A DNA stretch of 36,220 nucleotides, taken from Candidatus Eiseniibacteriota bacterium. GTDB lineage: Bacteria > Eisenbacteria > RBG-16-71-46 > CAIMUX01 > VGJL01. The notes under the pieces are model-generated. The model was not told the origin of the DNA. It was given only the letters and a program-made list of their open reading frames with translations, and made no database searches. The stretch spans positions 1 through 36,220 of the forward strand of contig JBHGAY010000038.1 of assembly GCA_041946735.1 (NCBI GenBank), in the 5' to 3' direction. The translations under genes were made by a program, and so were the position numbers. Of the stretch, positions 1 to 10,454 are shown piece by piece (the stretch's first letter is position 1; each line of letters begins with the position of its first letter).

Positions 1-129
1 ACGCGCGGCTACATGGCTATCGAGCTGAGCTGTGCAGGCATGTACGCGCGGCTACATGGTCGTCGAGCTGAGCTTCGCAGGCATGTACGCGCCGCAACAT
101 GGTCATCGAGCGTAGGTTTCATGCCATAT
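1..129. repeat. 43-bp tandem repeat, 3 copies visible (third degenerate), truncated at window start
   Basis: ACATGG recurs at 11, 54, 97 and TCGAGC at 20, 63, 106. Unit is ACGCGCGGCTACATGGNNNTCGAGCTGAGCTNNGCAGGCATGT. Confidence 0.9.
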
Positions 130-195
130 CGAAGTGCTGCGGTGCCCATCGAGCGAACTTGAGCGGGGGCGGACCCGGCTGGACCGTTTCCGCCT

Positions 196-1578
196 CTAGT
201 CGTAGGCCGGCAGGATCGCCCCGGTCACCTCGCCGAAGCCGATGCGGTAGCCGACCTTCGCCGATTCGCACGATCCCCGGAAGGTCACGCGGTCGCCGTC
301 CTTCAGGAACGAGCGCACCTCGTCGCCGGGCAGCTCGAGCGGGTGCTTGCCGCCCCAGGCCAGCTCCAGGAGGCTGCCACGCGAGTCGGGGAGCGGACCG
401 CTGATCGTCCCGCTCGCCATCAGATCGCCGGGACGGACGTTGCAGCCGTTCGCCGTGTGGTGCGCAAGCTGTTGCGCCATGCTCCAGTAGAGGTAGCGGA
501 AGTTCGTGTGCGCGATCTCTCGCGGTCCGTTCATCCCGGCCGCCTGCAGTTCGATCACGAGCCGGATGTCGAAAGCCTGCGGTCCGCGCTGCTGCAGGTA
601 TCGCAACGGACGCGGATCCTGCTCCGGCCCGGCGCAGCGGAACGGCTCGAGCGCGTCGAGCGTCACGACCCACGGCGAGATGGAGGTCGCGAAGTTCTTG
701 GCGAGGAACGGGCCGAGCGGCTGATACTCCCACCGCTGGATGTCTCGCGCGGACCAGTCGTTGACCAGGACGAGCCCGAAGATTCGCGCCTCCGCCTCCT
801 CGATCGGGATCGGACGGCCGCGCTCGTTGCCCGGCCCGACGAGGAAGCCGACCTCCAGCTCGAAATCGAGGGCGCGCGACGGCTCGTAGGCCGGCGCCTT
901 CTCGCCGGGCGGGACGATCTGCCCGCGCGGACGCCGCACGTCGGTCCCGGAAAGTACGATCGAGCTCGCCCGCCCGTGGTAGGCGATCGGCAGATGCAGC
1001 CAGTTCTGCGGGAGCGCGTTCTCCGGGCCGCGGAACATCGTGCCGACGTTCGTCGCGTGCTCACGCGAGGAGTAGAAGTCCGTGTAGTCGCCGATCTCGG
1101 CCGGCAGTTCCATCCGCACGCTCGCCATCGGCAGGAGCGCGCGGCGCCGCAGGTCCGCGTCGTCGCGCAGCCGCGAATCCCCTTCGGAGAGGAAGCGGCT
1201 GACGGCGATCCGCGCCTCGCGCCAGGCGGGGCGTCCGAGCGAGAGGAACGTGTTCAGCGAGGGGCGCGCGAAGACCTGCTTGTCGCGCAGCCGCGGTCCA
1301 TCGAACAGTCCCTGCCGCTCCAGAACCGAGAGATCCAGGACGAAGGAGCCGATCGCCACTCCAACGCGCGGCTCGCTGGCCGCCGCGCCGCCGGCGCCGG
1401 AGCCGCCGCTCCCGCCGGCGGGCCGGAAGACTCCGAAGGGAAGGTTCTGGATCGGGAAGTCGGAGTCCCGCTCGATCGGAAGGAAGGATCGAAGGCGCGG
1501 ATCCCGCGTCGCCTCGAGCGCCTGGAGCACCTCGGCTCGTGTCGCCTCCTCGCCGAACGGATCGAAGGACAGGTCCAT
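196..1578 (-). CDS. fahA: Fumarylacetoacetase
   Basis: FAH motifs SDFPIQNLPFGVF, IGDYTDFYSSREHA, LPIAYHGRASS, LDFELE, NDWSARDIQRWEYQPLGPFLAKNF, GDLMASGTISG. Confidence 0.96.
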   Translation of the reverse strand: MDLSFDPFGEEATRAEVLQALEATRDPRLRSFLPIERDSDFPIQNLPFGVFRPAGGSGGSGAGGAAASEPRVGVAIGSFVLDLSVLERQGLFDGPRLRDKQVFARPSLNTFLSLGRPAWREARIAVSRFLSEGDSRLRDDADLRRRALLPMASVRMELPAEIGDYTDFYSSREHATNVGTMFRGPENALPQNWLHLPIAYHGRASSIVLSGTDVRRPRGQIVPPGEKAPAYEPSRALDFELEVGFLVGPGNERGRPIPIEEAEARIFGLVLVNDWSARDIQRWEYQPLGPFLAKNFATSISPWVVTLDALEPFRCAGPEQDPRPLRYLQQRGPQAFDIRLVIELQAAGMNGPREIAHTNFRYLYWSMAQQLAHHTANGCNVRPGDLMASGTISGPLPDSRGSLLELAWGGKHPLELPGDEVRSFLKDGDRVTFRGSCESAKVGYRIGFGEVTGAILPAYD

Positions 1579-1602
1579 TCCCGCTCCCGCCGCGTCGAGC
1601 CG

Positions 1603-2613
1603 CTAGGGCTCGACCGTGTATCCGATTTCCCGCAGTCCGGCCCTGGGATCGTCGAAGCTGCAGCTCCCGAACGACCTCGCGAAATCCTGCCGCAGCCGGG
1701 CGACGTCGGCGACGGGGAGGGAGAGGTCGTTCCATGCGAATGTCTCGTCGCCGACGCAGAAGCGCGAAGGGGGCGAGTCGTCGAGGATCCGCTCGATCGC
1801 TTCGTTGTCCAGCTCCTTCGCGTGCGCGAACAATCCGGCCCCGAACAGATTCAGGAAGCCGTGGGCCGGCGCGCCGGTGAGCGGGTCCGGACCCCGGAGA
1901 GGATTGTGCAGGCCGGCGGTCGCCTTCCAGCAGATGCCCGCATCCCGGCAAGCACCGATCAGAAACGCAAGCTGCTCCGAGGTGGGGAACAGATCCGCCG
2001 TCGCTCCCCCGCAGCGGACCTTCAGGCCCGCCTGCTTCGCGTGCGCTCTCTCGTCGTCGAGGAGCCGGCGCCCGGCGTTGTGCTTGGCGATCGCCTCGAC
2101 CGCGGCGGTGATGCCGTTACGCCAGTCCCCGGACAGCGGAATCTCGTAGAACGGCTCGAGCGGGAGGCCCTTCGCGTCCATCCGCTCCGCCGCCTCGTCG
2201 AGCAGATCGGCGATCCGCTCCGTCTCGTGCCGCGCAAGCGCTTCGTCCGGCAGGCGCGCCTCGATCAAGTCGACCTCGACGCGATACTCGGTCGATTGGA
2301 GAAACGCCTTGATCTCCGCGAGATCCTTCTCGAGACCGATCAGGAACTCCTCGGAGCCCTTCGCGGCTCGCACGAGGATCGAGAATCCGAAGGGAATGTC
2401 TTCCTCGAGCTTCGGAAGAAACACGGGGCGGAAGGCGAGAAGCTCGCGCAGGCGCGACGCGGGGCAGACGAAGCGACCGAGCATCCAGCCGCCCGGCTCC
2501 TCGCGGTACCGCGCATAGCTCTCGATCGCCTCCTTCAGCGAGAGCTGCGCGGGCGGAAACAGCCCGGCGTAATCGACGATTCCCGCCATCAGGGCGCGAA
2601 AGGCACGATTCAT
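1603..2613 (-). CDS. Conserved hypothetical protein, probably co-transcribed with fahA
   Basis: Coding-like ORF with GIVDYAGLFPPA, GLKVRCGG and KATAGLHNP motifs. ATG at 2613 follows GGAGG; 24-bp gap to fahA. Confidence 0.8.
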   Translation of the reverse strand: MNRAFRALMAGIVDYAGLFPPAQLSLKEAIESYARYREEPGGWMLGRFVCPASRLRELLAFRPVFLPKLEEDIPFGFSILVRAAKGSEEFLIGLEKDLAEIKAFLQSTEYRVEVDLIEARLPDEALARHETERIADLLDEAAERMDAKGLPLEPFYEIPLSGDWRNGITAAVEAIAKHNAGRRLLDDERAHAKQAGLKVRCGGATADLFPTSEQLAFLIGACRDAGICWKATAGLHNPLRGPDPLTGAPAHGFLNLFGAGLFAHAKELDNEAIERILDDSPPSRFCVGDETFAWNDLSLPVADVARLRQDFARSFGSCSFDDPRAGLREIGYTVEP

Positions 2614-2758
2614 CTCTCTGGAGCCTCCTGGTCGCACGTCGCACGTCCTATTTGCTTCTCTCGAACCCCCCTGGCGGGGCGAGGATGTGGGCAGTGTACC
2701 CGATGGGAGCGGAGCGGCGCGCGGGGGGGCGAAGGGGATTCGGGCTCCGCCGGACCGT

Positions 2759-3400
2759 TCACGAGGCCGCCGGCCGCGGCACGCAGAGCGCTGCGAACTT
2801 CCGTGCGGCTTCGGCTGGATCCGCGGCGTCCCAGACCGCTCCGATCACGGCGACGCCGTGAGCCCCGGCATCGAGGCAGGCCGCTGTCCGCTCGAGCGTG
2901 ATGCCGCCGAGGGCCAGGACAGGGAACGGCGCGAGCGCCTCGCAGACCCGTTGCAGCGAGGCGAGCCCCTGAGGAGGGCCGAAGGCGCGCTTCGAGGCGG
3001 TGTCGAACACGGGGCTGAAGGTGACGGCGTCGGCCCCTTCGTCACGCGCGCGCTCGGCGCCCGCGAGGGAGTGCGTCGACCGCAGGAGGAGCGCGCCGGC
3101 GGGGAGCAACGCACGGGCGATCCGCGTCGGCAGTCCTCCCTCCGGCAGGTGGACGCCGCATCCGATGGCGAGCGCGATGTCGACCCTGTCGCTCACGAGG
3201 AGCTGGGTCGGCGATCCCTGCGCGCGGAACGAGGCGACGAACGCCTGGGCCGCCTCGTAGATCTGGATCGCCGCAAGATCCTTCTCGCGCCATTGGAAGG
3301 CCGGGAGCCCGGCGCGCGCCATCGCCGAGACCGCCGCGATCGGATCGCATCCCATGCGGCGGCGGTCGGAAATCAGGTAGAAGCGTGGGATGCCGGTCAT
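2759..3400 (-). CDS. thiE: Thiamine-phosphate synthase (ThiE/TenI family)
   Basis: FQWREK, SDRVD, GVHLP, RSTHS, SPVFDTASK, ALGGI. Last gene of the thi operon. TenI-like identity not fully excluded. Confidence 0.8.
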   Translation of the reverse strand: MTGIPRFYLISDRRRMGCDPIAAVSAMARAGLPAFQWREKDLAAIQIYEAAQAFVASFRAQGSPTQLLVSDRVDIALAIGCGVHLPEGGLPTRIARALLPAGALLLRSTHSLAGAERARDEGADAVTFSPVFDTASKRAFGPPQGLASLQRVCEALAPFPVLALGGITLERTAACLDAGAHGVAVIGAVWDAADPAEAARKFAALCVPRPAAS

Positions 3401-3434
3401 GCTCGCTCCTCGCTCGCTCGCTCCGCTGCCCCGT

Positions 3435-4549
<1,115 letters not shown>

Positions 4550-4553
<4 letters not shown>

Positions 4554-5638
4554 CGGCCTCTCTCCATCTCCACGCGGATCCTCTCTCCGGCCAGCGGCGC
4601 GAGAAGGATTCCGTGACGGTACAGCCCGACGGCGTGGTAGAGCCCGGCTCGCGCTCCGTCGGGACCGATCCGCGCGCCGCCCTCGCGGAAGGGACGCAGC
4701 CCCGCCCATGCTTGCGAGAGCTGCCATTCCTGCAGCGACGGCGCGAGCCGGATCGCGCGCTCGAGGAGCGAGAGAGCCCCGTTCGCCGTCGCGATCGCCT
4801 GGAAGCCGACGTCCTCGCTCGTCGAGCCGACGACGAGCGAGCCGTCCTGACGTGGCACCAGGTAGGTCCCTCCGCCCGCCGCATGCACGATCCGGTTCAG
4901 GCGGATCCCGCTGCGATCCGGCTTCAGCACGAGGAGCTGTCCTCGGATCGGCCGGATGCGGTCCTCCGGAAGGAGGACCGAGGCCCACGCGCCCGTAGCG
5001 TTCAGCACGGCCGCCGCCGGGACGGTCCCGGTCGCGGTCCGCACGCCTCTCACGCGTCCTTCCGATTCTTCGAGGCCGAGGACGACCTCCTCCCGCGTCT
5101 CCACGCCCAGGCGGCGGCAGGTCGCGCGCAGGGCGGCGAGGAGGCTCCGGGGCTCGGCGTAACCCTCCTCCGGCAGAAGCACCGCGTCGGCGACGTCCGT
5201 CGTCAGGATCGGCACCTCCGCGCGCGCCTCTTCCGGAGCGAGCCTCCGGTATCCGGGGATCCGATCCTGCGCCCAGAGGAACGATTCGCTGGCCGCCTCC
5301 TCCCCGTCGAGCGACACGACGATCGAGCCGCAGCGCATCATGTCGATGGGCAGCCCGCTCTCCTTCTCGAGCGACTCGATCCAGGTGGGATAGAGCGCGA
5401 GCGCAGCCTCGCGGAGCGCGAGAGAGTCCGGGTCGGTCGATGGCTCGGCCCAGGGCGCGAGCATGCCGGCCGCCGCGGCCGAGGCCGCACCCGAGAGGGG
5501 AAGATCGAAGATCGCGACGCGAAGGCCGCCGCGGGCCAGCTCCCGGGCGCACGAAAGCCCCGCGATCCCGCCGCCGATCACGGCGACGTCGAGCGCGGGC
5601 TCCGCCGACGATTTGCCGATTTCCGTCCTGTCCGCCAT
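4550..5638 (-). CDS. thiO: Glycine oxidase
   Basis: DVAVIGGGIAG FAD motif, ASAAAAGML, PIRGQ, YLVPR, WAGLRP, GLYRHGILLAP. Start placed at ATG 5638 because the upstream ORF extension overlaps the riboswitch. Confidence 0.92.
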
Positions 5639-5781
5639 GCTTCGGTTTCTTGCTTTCCGGGGGAGAGACGGCCCGAGGTGGGGAAGCTCGACGAGGGCCG
5701 GATGCCGCCCGCCGCGCTGCGCCGCGTCGTCCTCGTCGTATCGCGTCGCGTCGCTTCGCGGGATCCCGGCGGATCCGTGAG

Positions 5782-5861
5782 GCCGTTTCCCTACGCTGGC
5801 ATCACCCAGATCAGGTGCTCGGGGTCTCTTCTCAGTCCCACCTCGGGACACCCCCAACGAC
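5782..5861 (-). ncRNA. TPP riboswitch (THI box)
   Basis: Minus strand reads GTCGTTGGGGGTGTCCC..GGGACTGAGAAGAGACCCCGAGCACCTGATCTGGGTGATGCCAGCGTAGGGAAACGGC, matching the GGGG..CTGAGA..ACCC..ACCTGAT..GCGTAGGGA core. Upstream of thiO. Confidence 0.95.
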
Positions 5862-5871
5862 CGTTGCAGGC

Positions 5872-5901
5872 AGGATAGGACGGGCCGGCGAGGAGTGTCA
5901 A
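5872..5901 (-). promoter_or_regulatory. Sigma-70-type promoter of the thi operon
   Basis: TTGACA (5901-5896), 18 bp, TATCCT (5877-5872), immediately upstream of the riboswitch. Confidence 0.75.
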
Positions 5902-5998
5902 CGCGGCCGGGCCGGGTCGGGCCGGTGTGGGCAGGCCCGGGGCGGGCGTGGCCGCCTCGGCGCGGGCGTGGCCGGGGCCGGCGCGTGCGGAGCGACGG

Positions 5999-6670
5999 TC
6001 AGTCCTCGGCCGCGCCTTCCAGGATCGTCCAGCCGTGAGCTTGGGCGGCCCGGCGGAGCCCCGCGTCGGGGTCGACCGCGTACGCCTTGCCCGCCCAGGC
6101 GAGGAGCGCCGCATCGCTCGCATGGTCTCCGTACGCGACGCAATCCTCCGCGAGCCACCCGCGCTCGCTCGCGAGGGCGCGCGCGATCTCGAGCTTCGCG
6201 CTCCCGTAGGGGTGCGGGCCGGAACGGCGGCCGCTGAAGCGCCCGCGCCGGTCGACCTCCAGCGGGGTGCCGACCGCCAGGTCCGCACGGAAGAAGGCAG
6301 CCAACGGCTCGAGGAGGATCTCCGGCATCCCGGTCAGCAGGACGATCGCGCGCCCGGCGGCGCGCTCCCGCTCCACCCACCGGCGTCCGCGCTCCCCGAG
6401 CCTCGGCGCCACCTCTTCCTGGAAGAGCCGCTCTCCCCACGAGCGCAGCTCGGTCGGGGTGGCCCCGCGCAGGTAGGCCTTGTTGGCTTTGCGCGCGACG
6501 ACCAGGCCCTGGGGAAGGAGTCGCGCCCCCTCGATCAGGAACGGCAGGAGACGGAAGCGGCCGGGGAGGCGCCGGAGCAGCAGGCGCCGGGCGAGGAGCG
6601 CCTCCACCGAGACCCCGGGGAGCAGGGTCTTGTCGACATCGAAGAACGCGCCACCGCGAAAGGTCGCCAC
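5999..6670 (-). CDS. HAD-IB family hydrolase (SerB-like phosphatase)
   Basis: Motif I AFFDVDKT, motif II LLTG, motif IV YGDHASD. GTG start at 6670 is inferred. Confidence 0.85.
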   Translation of the reverse strand: MATFRGGAFFDVDKTLLPGVSVEALLARRLLLRRLPGRFRLLPFLIEGARLLPQGLVVARKANKAYLRGATPTELRSWGERLFQEEVAPRLGERGRRWVERERAAGRAIVLLTGMPEILLEPLAAFFRADLAVGTPLEVDRRGRFSGRRSGPHPYGSAKLEIARALASERGWLAEDCVAYGDHASDAALLAWAGKAYAVDPDAGLRRAAQAHGWTILEGAAED

Positions 6671-6866
6671 GGCCGAGGAGTGTATCGGAGATCCCGGTTC
6701 GAGGGGATGGGGAGGCGCCGGCGCCGGCAAACGACAGGCGCCCGCGCGCGCCACGCTTGCCGATCCGGCGTCCGGAGTGCGACCCTCCAACGCGAATGCC
6801 CGGAGCCTCCGGCGGATCCGAGGCGGATCGGGAGCCGGGCTGGCCGTTGGGGCAGGGGAGGATGCG

Positions 6867-7901
6867 ATGCGACGAACCGAGACGATCGGCGGGACCTCGA
6901 GAACCAGGGCCTCTCGCCGGATCCTGCGCGCAGGCTTCGCTCTCGTCTCTCTCGCGATTCTGGGCGAGACTTTCGCTTCGGCCCGAGCCGGTGCCGGCGC
7001 CATCCCTCCGATCGACTTCCCCGGCGCGCGGCAGCTCTCCAGTGGTGAGCTTGCCGCTCCGGAGACCGCTCCCCCCGTCCCGCTCCCCGAGGATGCGCCG
7101 CTGTCGTTCGCGCGCGCGGACTCGGTGATCGCGATCCTCGACGCAGACCCGAAGAATCCCCGCACGCGCTACGACCTCTTCCCGATCGATCTCGATGGGG
7201 ACGGGACGACCGAGACGATCGCGCAGGTCGCGCGCATCGCCGCGATCGGCGTCTACAGCCGCGCCTGGTGGGGCGTCTACGGCGAGGGAGCACGCTCGCA
7301 GGTCCTCTTCTGGTCGCAGGCGGACGAGCGAAAGCTCTTGTCGCGCCTCCGCCCGCCGGATGTCCTCGCGAACGCCGCCGACTCGCTCGCGTTCTTCGGA
7401 ACGCTGCCCGAGTTCCAGCCGGCGATCGAGATGACGAGCGTGGGAGATCTGGATGGAGACGGCCGCTCGGAAATCGGTGTCCTCCTCGCCGGCCGCCGTC
7501 AGTTCCGAACGAGCCGGGGCGCGCTCATCTGGGTCCTCCTGAGCCCGCGAGGGGATCGCGTCGAGGAGATCTTCCGCACGCGGATCCTCCAGGTCGACCA
7601 CGCCCGGGGCCACGAGGGAGCGCCGGACTTCTGCGCGGCGCGCGGCTTCCGCGTCCTGCGGCGACCCGCGTCCGCGACCGGCGAGCCGGTGGAGCTCCTA
7701 CTCGAGCCCTGGCTCCCGCAGCCGCCCGATTCGCTCTGCAGCACGATGATCCGCCTCGATGAGCGCAGCTTCCCGTCCGATCCGCAGGAGTGGATGCCGG
7801 GGGAGCCGGTTCCCGCTTCGCAGCCGCTTCCCCCCGGCTCGTTCACCGTCGACTGGGACGGCAGTCGCTACTCGCGCTTCGAAATCGCGAACGCCCCGTA
7901 G
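6867..7901 (+). CDS. Secreted hypothetical protein with two FG-GAP/VCBS-like Ca-binding loops
   Basis: Signal-peptide-like N-terminus; IDLDGDGTTE and GDLDGDGRSE. GGAGG before ATG 6867. Confidence 0.7.
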   Translation: MRRTETIGGTSRTRASRRILRAGFALVSLAILGETFASARAGAGAIPPIDFPGARQLSSGELAAPETAPPVPLPEDAPLSFARADSVIAILDADPKNPRTRYDLFPIDLDGDGTTETIAQVARIAAIGVYSRAWWGVYGEGARSQVLFWSQADERKLLSRLRPPDVLANAADSLAFFGTLPEFQPAIEMTSVGDLDGDGRSEIGVLLAGRRQFRTSRGALIWVLLSPRGDRVEEIFRTRILQVDHARGHEGAPDFCAARGFRVLRRPASATGEPVELLLEPWLPQPPDSLCSTMIRLDERSFPSDPQEWMPGEPVPASQPLPPGSFTVDWDGSRYSRFEIANAP

Positions 7902-7962
7902 AGAGCGGGGGATGCCGCTCCCACGGGGCGCGCGTTGCTCTCAGTGAATCAGGCTTTCGCGA

Positions 7963-9996
7963 TCAGAACCGGGTGGCCTGCAAGATCGCGTCGCGCACGT
8001 CTTCGGTGCTCGGCAGGACCGCCGCCTCGAGCGACGAAGCGAACGGCACGAAGCTGTCGAGGGCGGCGACGCGCTTGACGGGCCCGTCCAGGCTCGCGAA
8101 GCACGCGTCGGCGATGAAGGCGGCGATCTCCGCTCCGAACCCTCCGGTCAACGGCGCCTCGTGCGCGACGACGGCGCGGCCGGTCTTCTGCACGCTGGCC
8201 GCGATCGTCTCCTTGTCGTAGGGGAGGATCGAGCGCAGATCGATCACCTCGATCGAGAGGCCCTGCTTCTCCAGCTCCGCGGCCGCCTGCAGGGCGCGAT
8301 GGACCGTGCTCCCCCAGGCGATCACGCTGACGTCGCTTCCCTCGCGGGCGATCCGCGCCTTCCCGAACGGGATCAGGTAATCGGGGCCCGGCTCGGGCGA
8401 CTTCGAGAAGACCTGGCGGTAGAGTCCCTTGTGCTCGAAGAAGATCACGGGGTCCGACGCACGGCACGCCGTCTTGATCAATCCCTTCGCGTCCGCCGCG
8501 TTCGATGGGAAGAGGATCCTCCAACCGGGCGTCTGCGCGTAGAGCCCCTCGACCGACTGGCTGTGGAACGGGCCGCCGCGGATGTAGCCGCCGACCGGCA
8601 TCCGCACGACGAGAGGGCACGACCATTCCCCCTGACTGCGCCACCGCAGGGTCGGGATCTCGTTGCGCATCTGCATGAAGCCGGGCCAGGAGTAGTCCGA
8701 GAACTGGATCTCGACGACCGGCTTCCAGCCGCCCATCGCCATGCCGGAGGCCACGCCGACGATGCTCGCCTCGGCGAGAGGGGAGTTCTCCACGCGCCCG
8801 GGAAACGCGGTCCCGAGGCCGCGCGTCACGCCGAAGACGCCTCCCTTGGGGTCGGCGACGTCCTCTCCCCAGATCAGGATCCTCGGATTGCGCGCCATCT
8901 CCTCGCGAAGACCGTGGTTGATCGCGTCGATCATCGTCACCGGCTCCTCGGAGGCCGGGTTCTGCGCCGGCTCTTCGCTGACCGGGACCGTGTCGCTGTA
9001 GATGTTCGCCAGCACCGTCTTCGGATCGGGCACCGGGTAGCCGTCGGCCTTCTCCGCGGCGCGGTCGACCTCGGACTTGATCCGCTCCCGCCACTCGTGG
9101 ACCTGCTCGCTCGTCAGGATGCCGCGCTTCACGAGGGCCGCCTCGGTGTGCGCGAGCGGATCGCGGCGGGCCGCCTCGGCCAGCTCTTCCTCCGTCCGGT
9201 ACTTCTTGTGATCGTCGGAGGAGGAGTGCGACTCGAGCCGGACGACGTGCGCCTCGACGAAGAGCGGGCCCGCGCCCAGCCGCATCACGTCGACGAGCGG
9301 CTTCAGCGTCGAGTACATGTGGGTGAACCGCGTCCCGTCGATGTCGAGCGCGCGAATGTTGAACGACCGGCTGATCTCGTGAATGTGCGCGCCGGTCTGC
9401 TTCTCCTGCGGCACGCTGATCGCGAAACCGTTGTTCTGCACGACGAAGAGGACCGGGAGCTGCTCGCGGCTCGCCCAGTTCAGAGCCTCGAAGAACTCCC
9501 CCTCGCTCGTCGCCCCTTCTCCGGACGAGACGTAGACGATCTCGTCGCGGCCGTCGGCCTTGATCGCGCGCGCCATGCCGACGGCGGGAAGGTACTGCGT
9601 CCCGGTCGACGCGGTCTGCGAGACGACCCGCAGGCGCCGGGACGAGAAATGTTCGCTCATGTTCCTGCCGTTGCCGCACGGATCGCCCTCGCGGGAGAGC
9701 ATGTGCAGGAAGATGTCCTCGAGCGGCATGCCGAGTCCGACCATCAAGGCCTTCTCGCGGTAGTACGGGAAGAACCAATCCTTCCCGGGCTGCAGCGCCA
9801 TCGTGATCGCGATCTGCAGCTTCTCGTGGCCGCGGCTCGACGCATGGAACGAGCACTTGTTGGCCCGGACGAAGACTTTCATCCGCTCCTCCACGTAGTA
9901 GAGCCGAAGCATCTTCTCGTAGAGCGAGAGCAGGATGTCCGGGGTGATCTCCACGCCGTTCAAGACCGACGTGGCGGTCGACGCATAGCTGGCCAT
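7963..9996 (-). CDS. 2-oxoacid (probably branched-chain) dehydrogenase E1, fused alpha and beta subunits
   Basis: Alpha part: SRGHE, YYRE, GEGATSEG..NNGFAIS (TPP motif), SHSSSDD. Beta part: GEDV..KGGVF, SPLAEASIVG, EIQF, HSQS, FFEHKGLY, EVIDLRS. Confidence 0.93.
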   Translation of the reverse strand: MASYASTATSVLNGVEITPDILLSLYEKMLRLYYVEERMKVFVRANKCSFHASSRGHEKLQIAITMALQPGKDWFFPYYREKALMVGLGMPLEDIFLHMLSREGDPCGNGRNMSEHFSSRRLRVVSQTASTGTQYLPAVGMARAIKADGRDEIVYVSSGEGATSEGEFFEALNWASREQLPVLFVVQNNGFAISVPQEKQTGAHIHEISRSFNIRALDIDGTRFTHMYSTLKPLVDVMRLGAGPLFVEAHVVRLESHSSSDDHKKYRTEEELAEAARRDPLAHTEAALVKRGILTSEQVHEWRERIKSEVDRAAEKADGYPVPDPKTVLANIYSDTVPVSEEPAQNPASEEPVTMIDAINHGLREEMARNPRILIWGEDVADPKGGVFGVTRGLGTAFPGRVENSPLAEASIVGVASGMAMGGWKPVVEIQFSDYSWPGFMQMRNEIPTLRWRSQGEWSCPLVVRMPVGGYIRGGPFHSQSVEGLYAQTPGWRILFPSNAADAKGLIKTACRASDPVIFFEHKGLYRQVFSKSPEPGPDYLIPFGKARIAREGSDVSVIAWGSTVHRALQAAAELEKQGLSIEVIDLRSILPYDKETIAASVQKTGRAVVAHEAPLTGGFGAEIAAFIADACFASLDGPVKRVAALDSFVPFASSLEAAVLPSTEDVRDAILQATRF

Positions 9997-10284
9997 GATC
10001 TTCCTTCCTCCCCGATCGGATCTGGGAACTCCGGGCGCCGGTCCCGGGCGAGGCGTCGTTCGGGGGCGGTTCGGTCCTGGGCGCCTCTAGGCAGAATACC
10101 AGGAGAGGATAGCGGGGCCGCCGGCCGAGCGGGGAGTGCGAATCGCGCGCGAGCCGCCGGAGGAACGTCCGCCCCTCCTGTGGTGGTGCGGAGCGCCGGC
10201 GCCGTGAAGGTGTCGGGACTGTCATCGCCAGCGATTTCCCGCCGACCGGCGCGCGCCGGGAGCGCGATGCCGCGCGCCCGCGCA

Positions 10285-10313
10285 TTGCCGCCCGTCCCTT
10301 CCGATGGTAGCAT
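10285..10313 (+). promoter_or_regulatory. Putative sigma-70 promoter for the beta-propeller gene
   Basis: TTGCCG, 17 bp, TAGCAT with an extended TG. Confidence 0.5.
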
Positions 10314-10454
10314 TCGCGCGCTCCGACCGCCGGCATAGGGCCCCGAGCCGATCGGAGGCGGATCTCCGTCGGTCCGCCGCTCGCCGCGCCAACGGGCCCC
10401 GCAGGACGGTCATCACACGCGAAGCATCGTACAGGCAGCAGGAGGAGGTTCCCT

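Noticed and set aside
1..129. CRISPR array
   Set aside because: Units are near-identical along their whole length with no unique spacers, and there are no cas genes in the window.
343..2901. 852-aa plus-strand ORF and similar long overlapping ORFs (7949..10693, 8161..10338, 10413..12722, 14400..16310, 18671..20188, 27202..28809)
   Set aside because: Arg/Gly/Pro-rich antisense or off-frame shadows of well-supported genes, expected in high-GC DNA.
7963..9996. E1 alpha/beta fusion as a novelty
   Set aside because: Fused E1 subunits are well known in several bacterial phyla.
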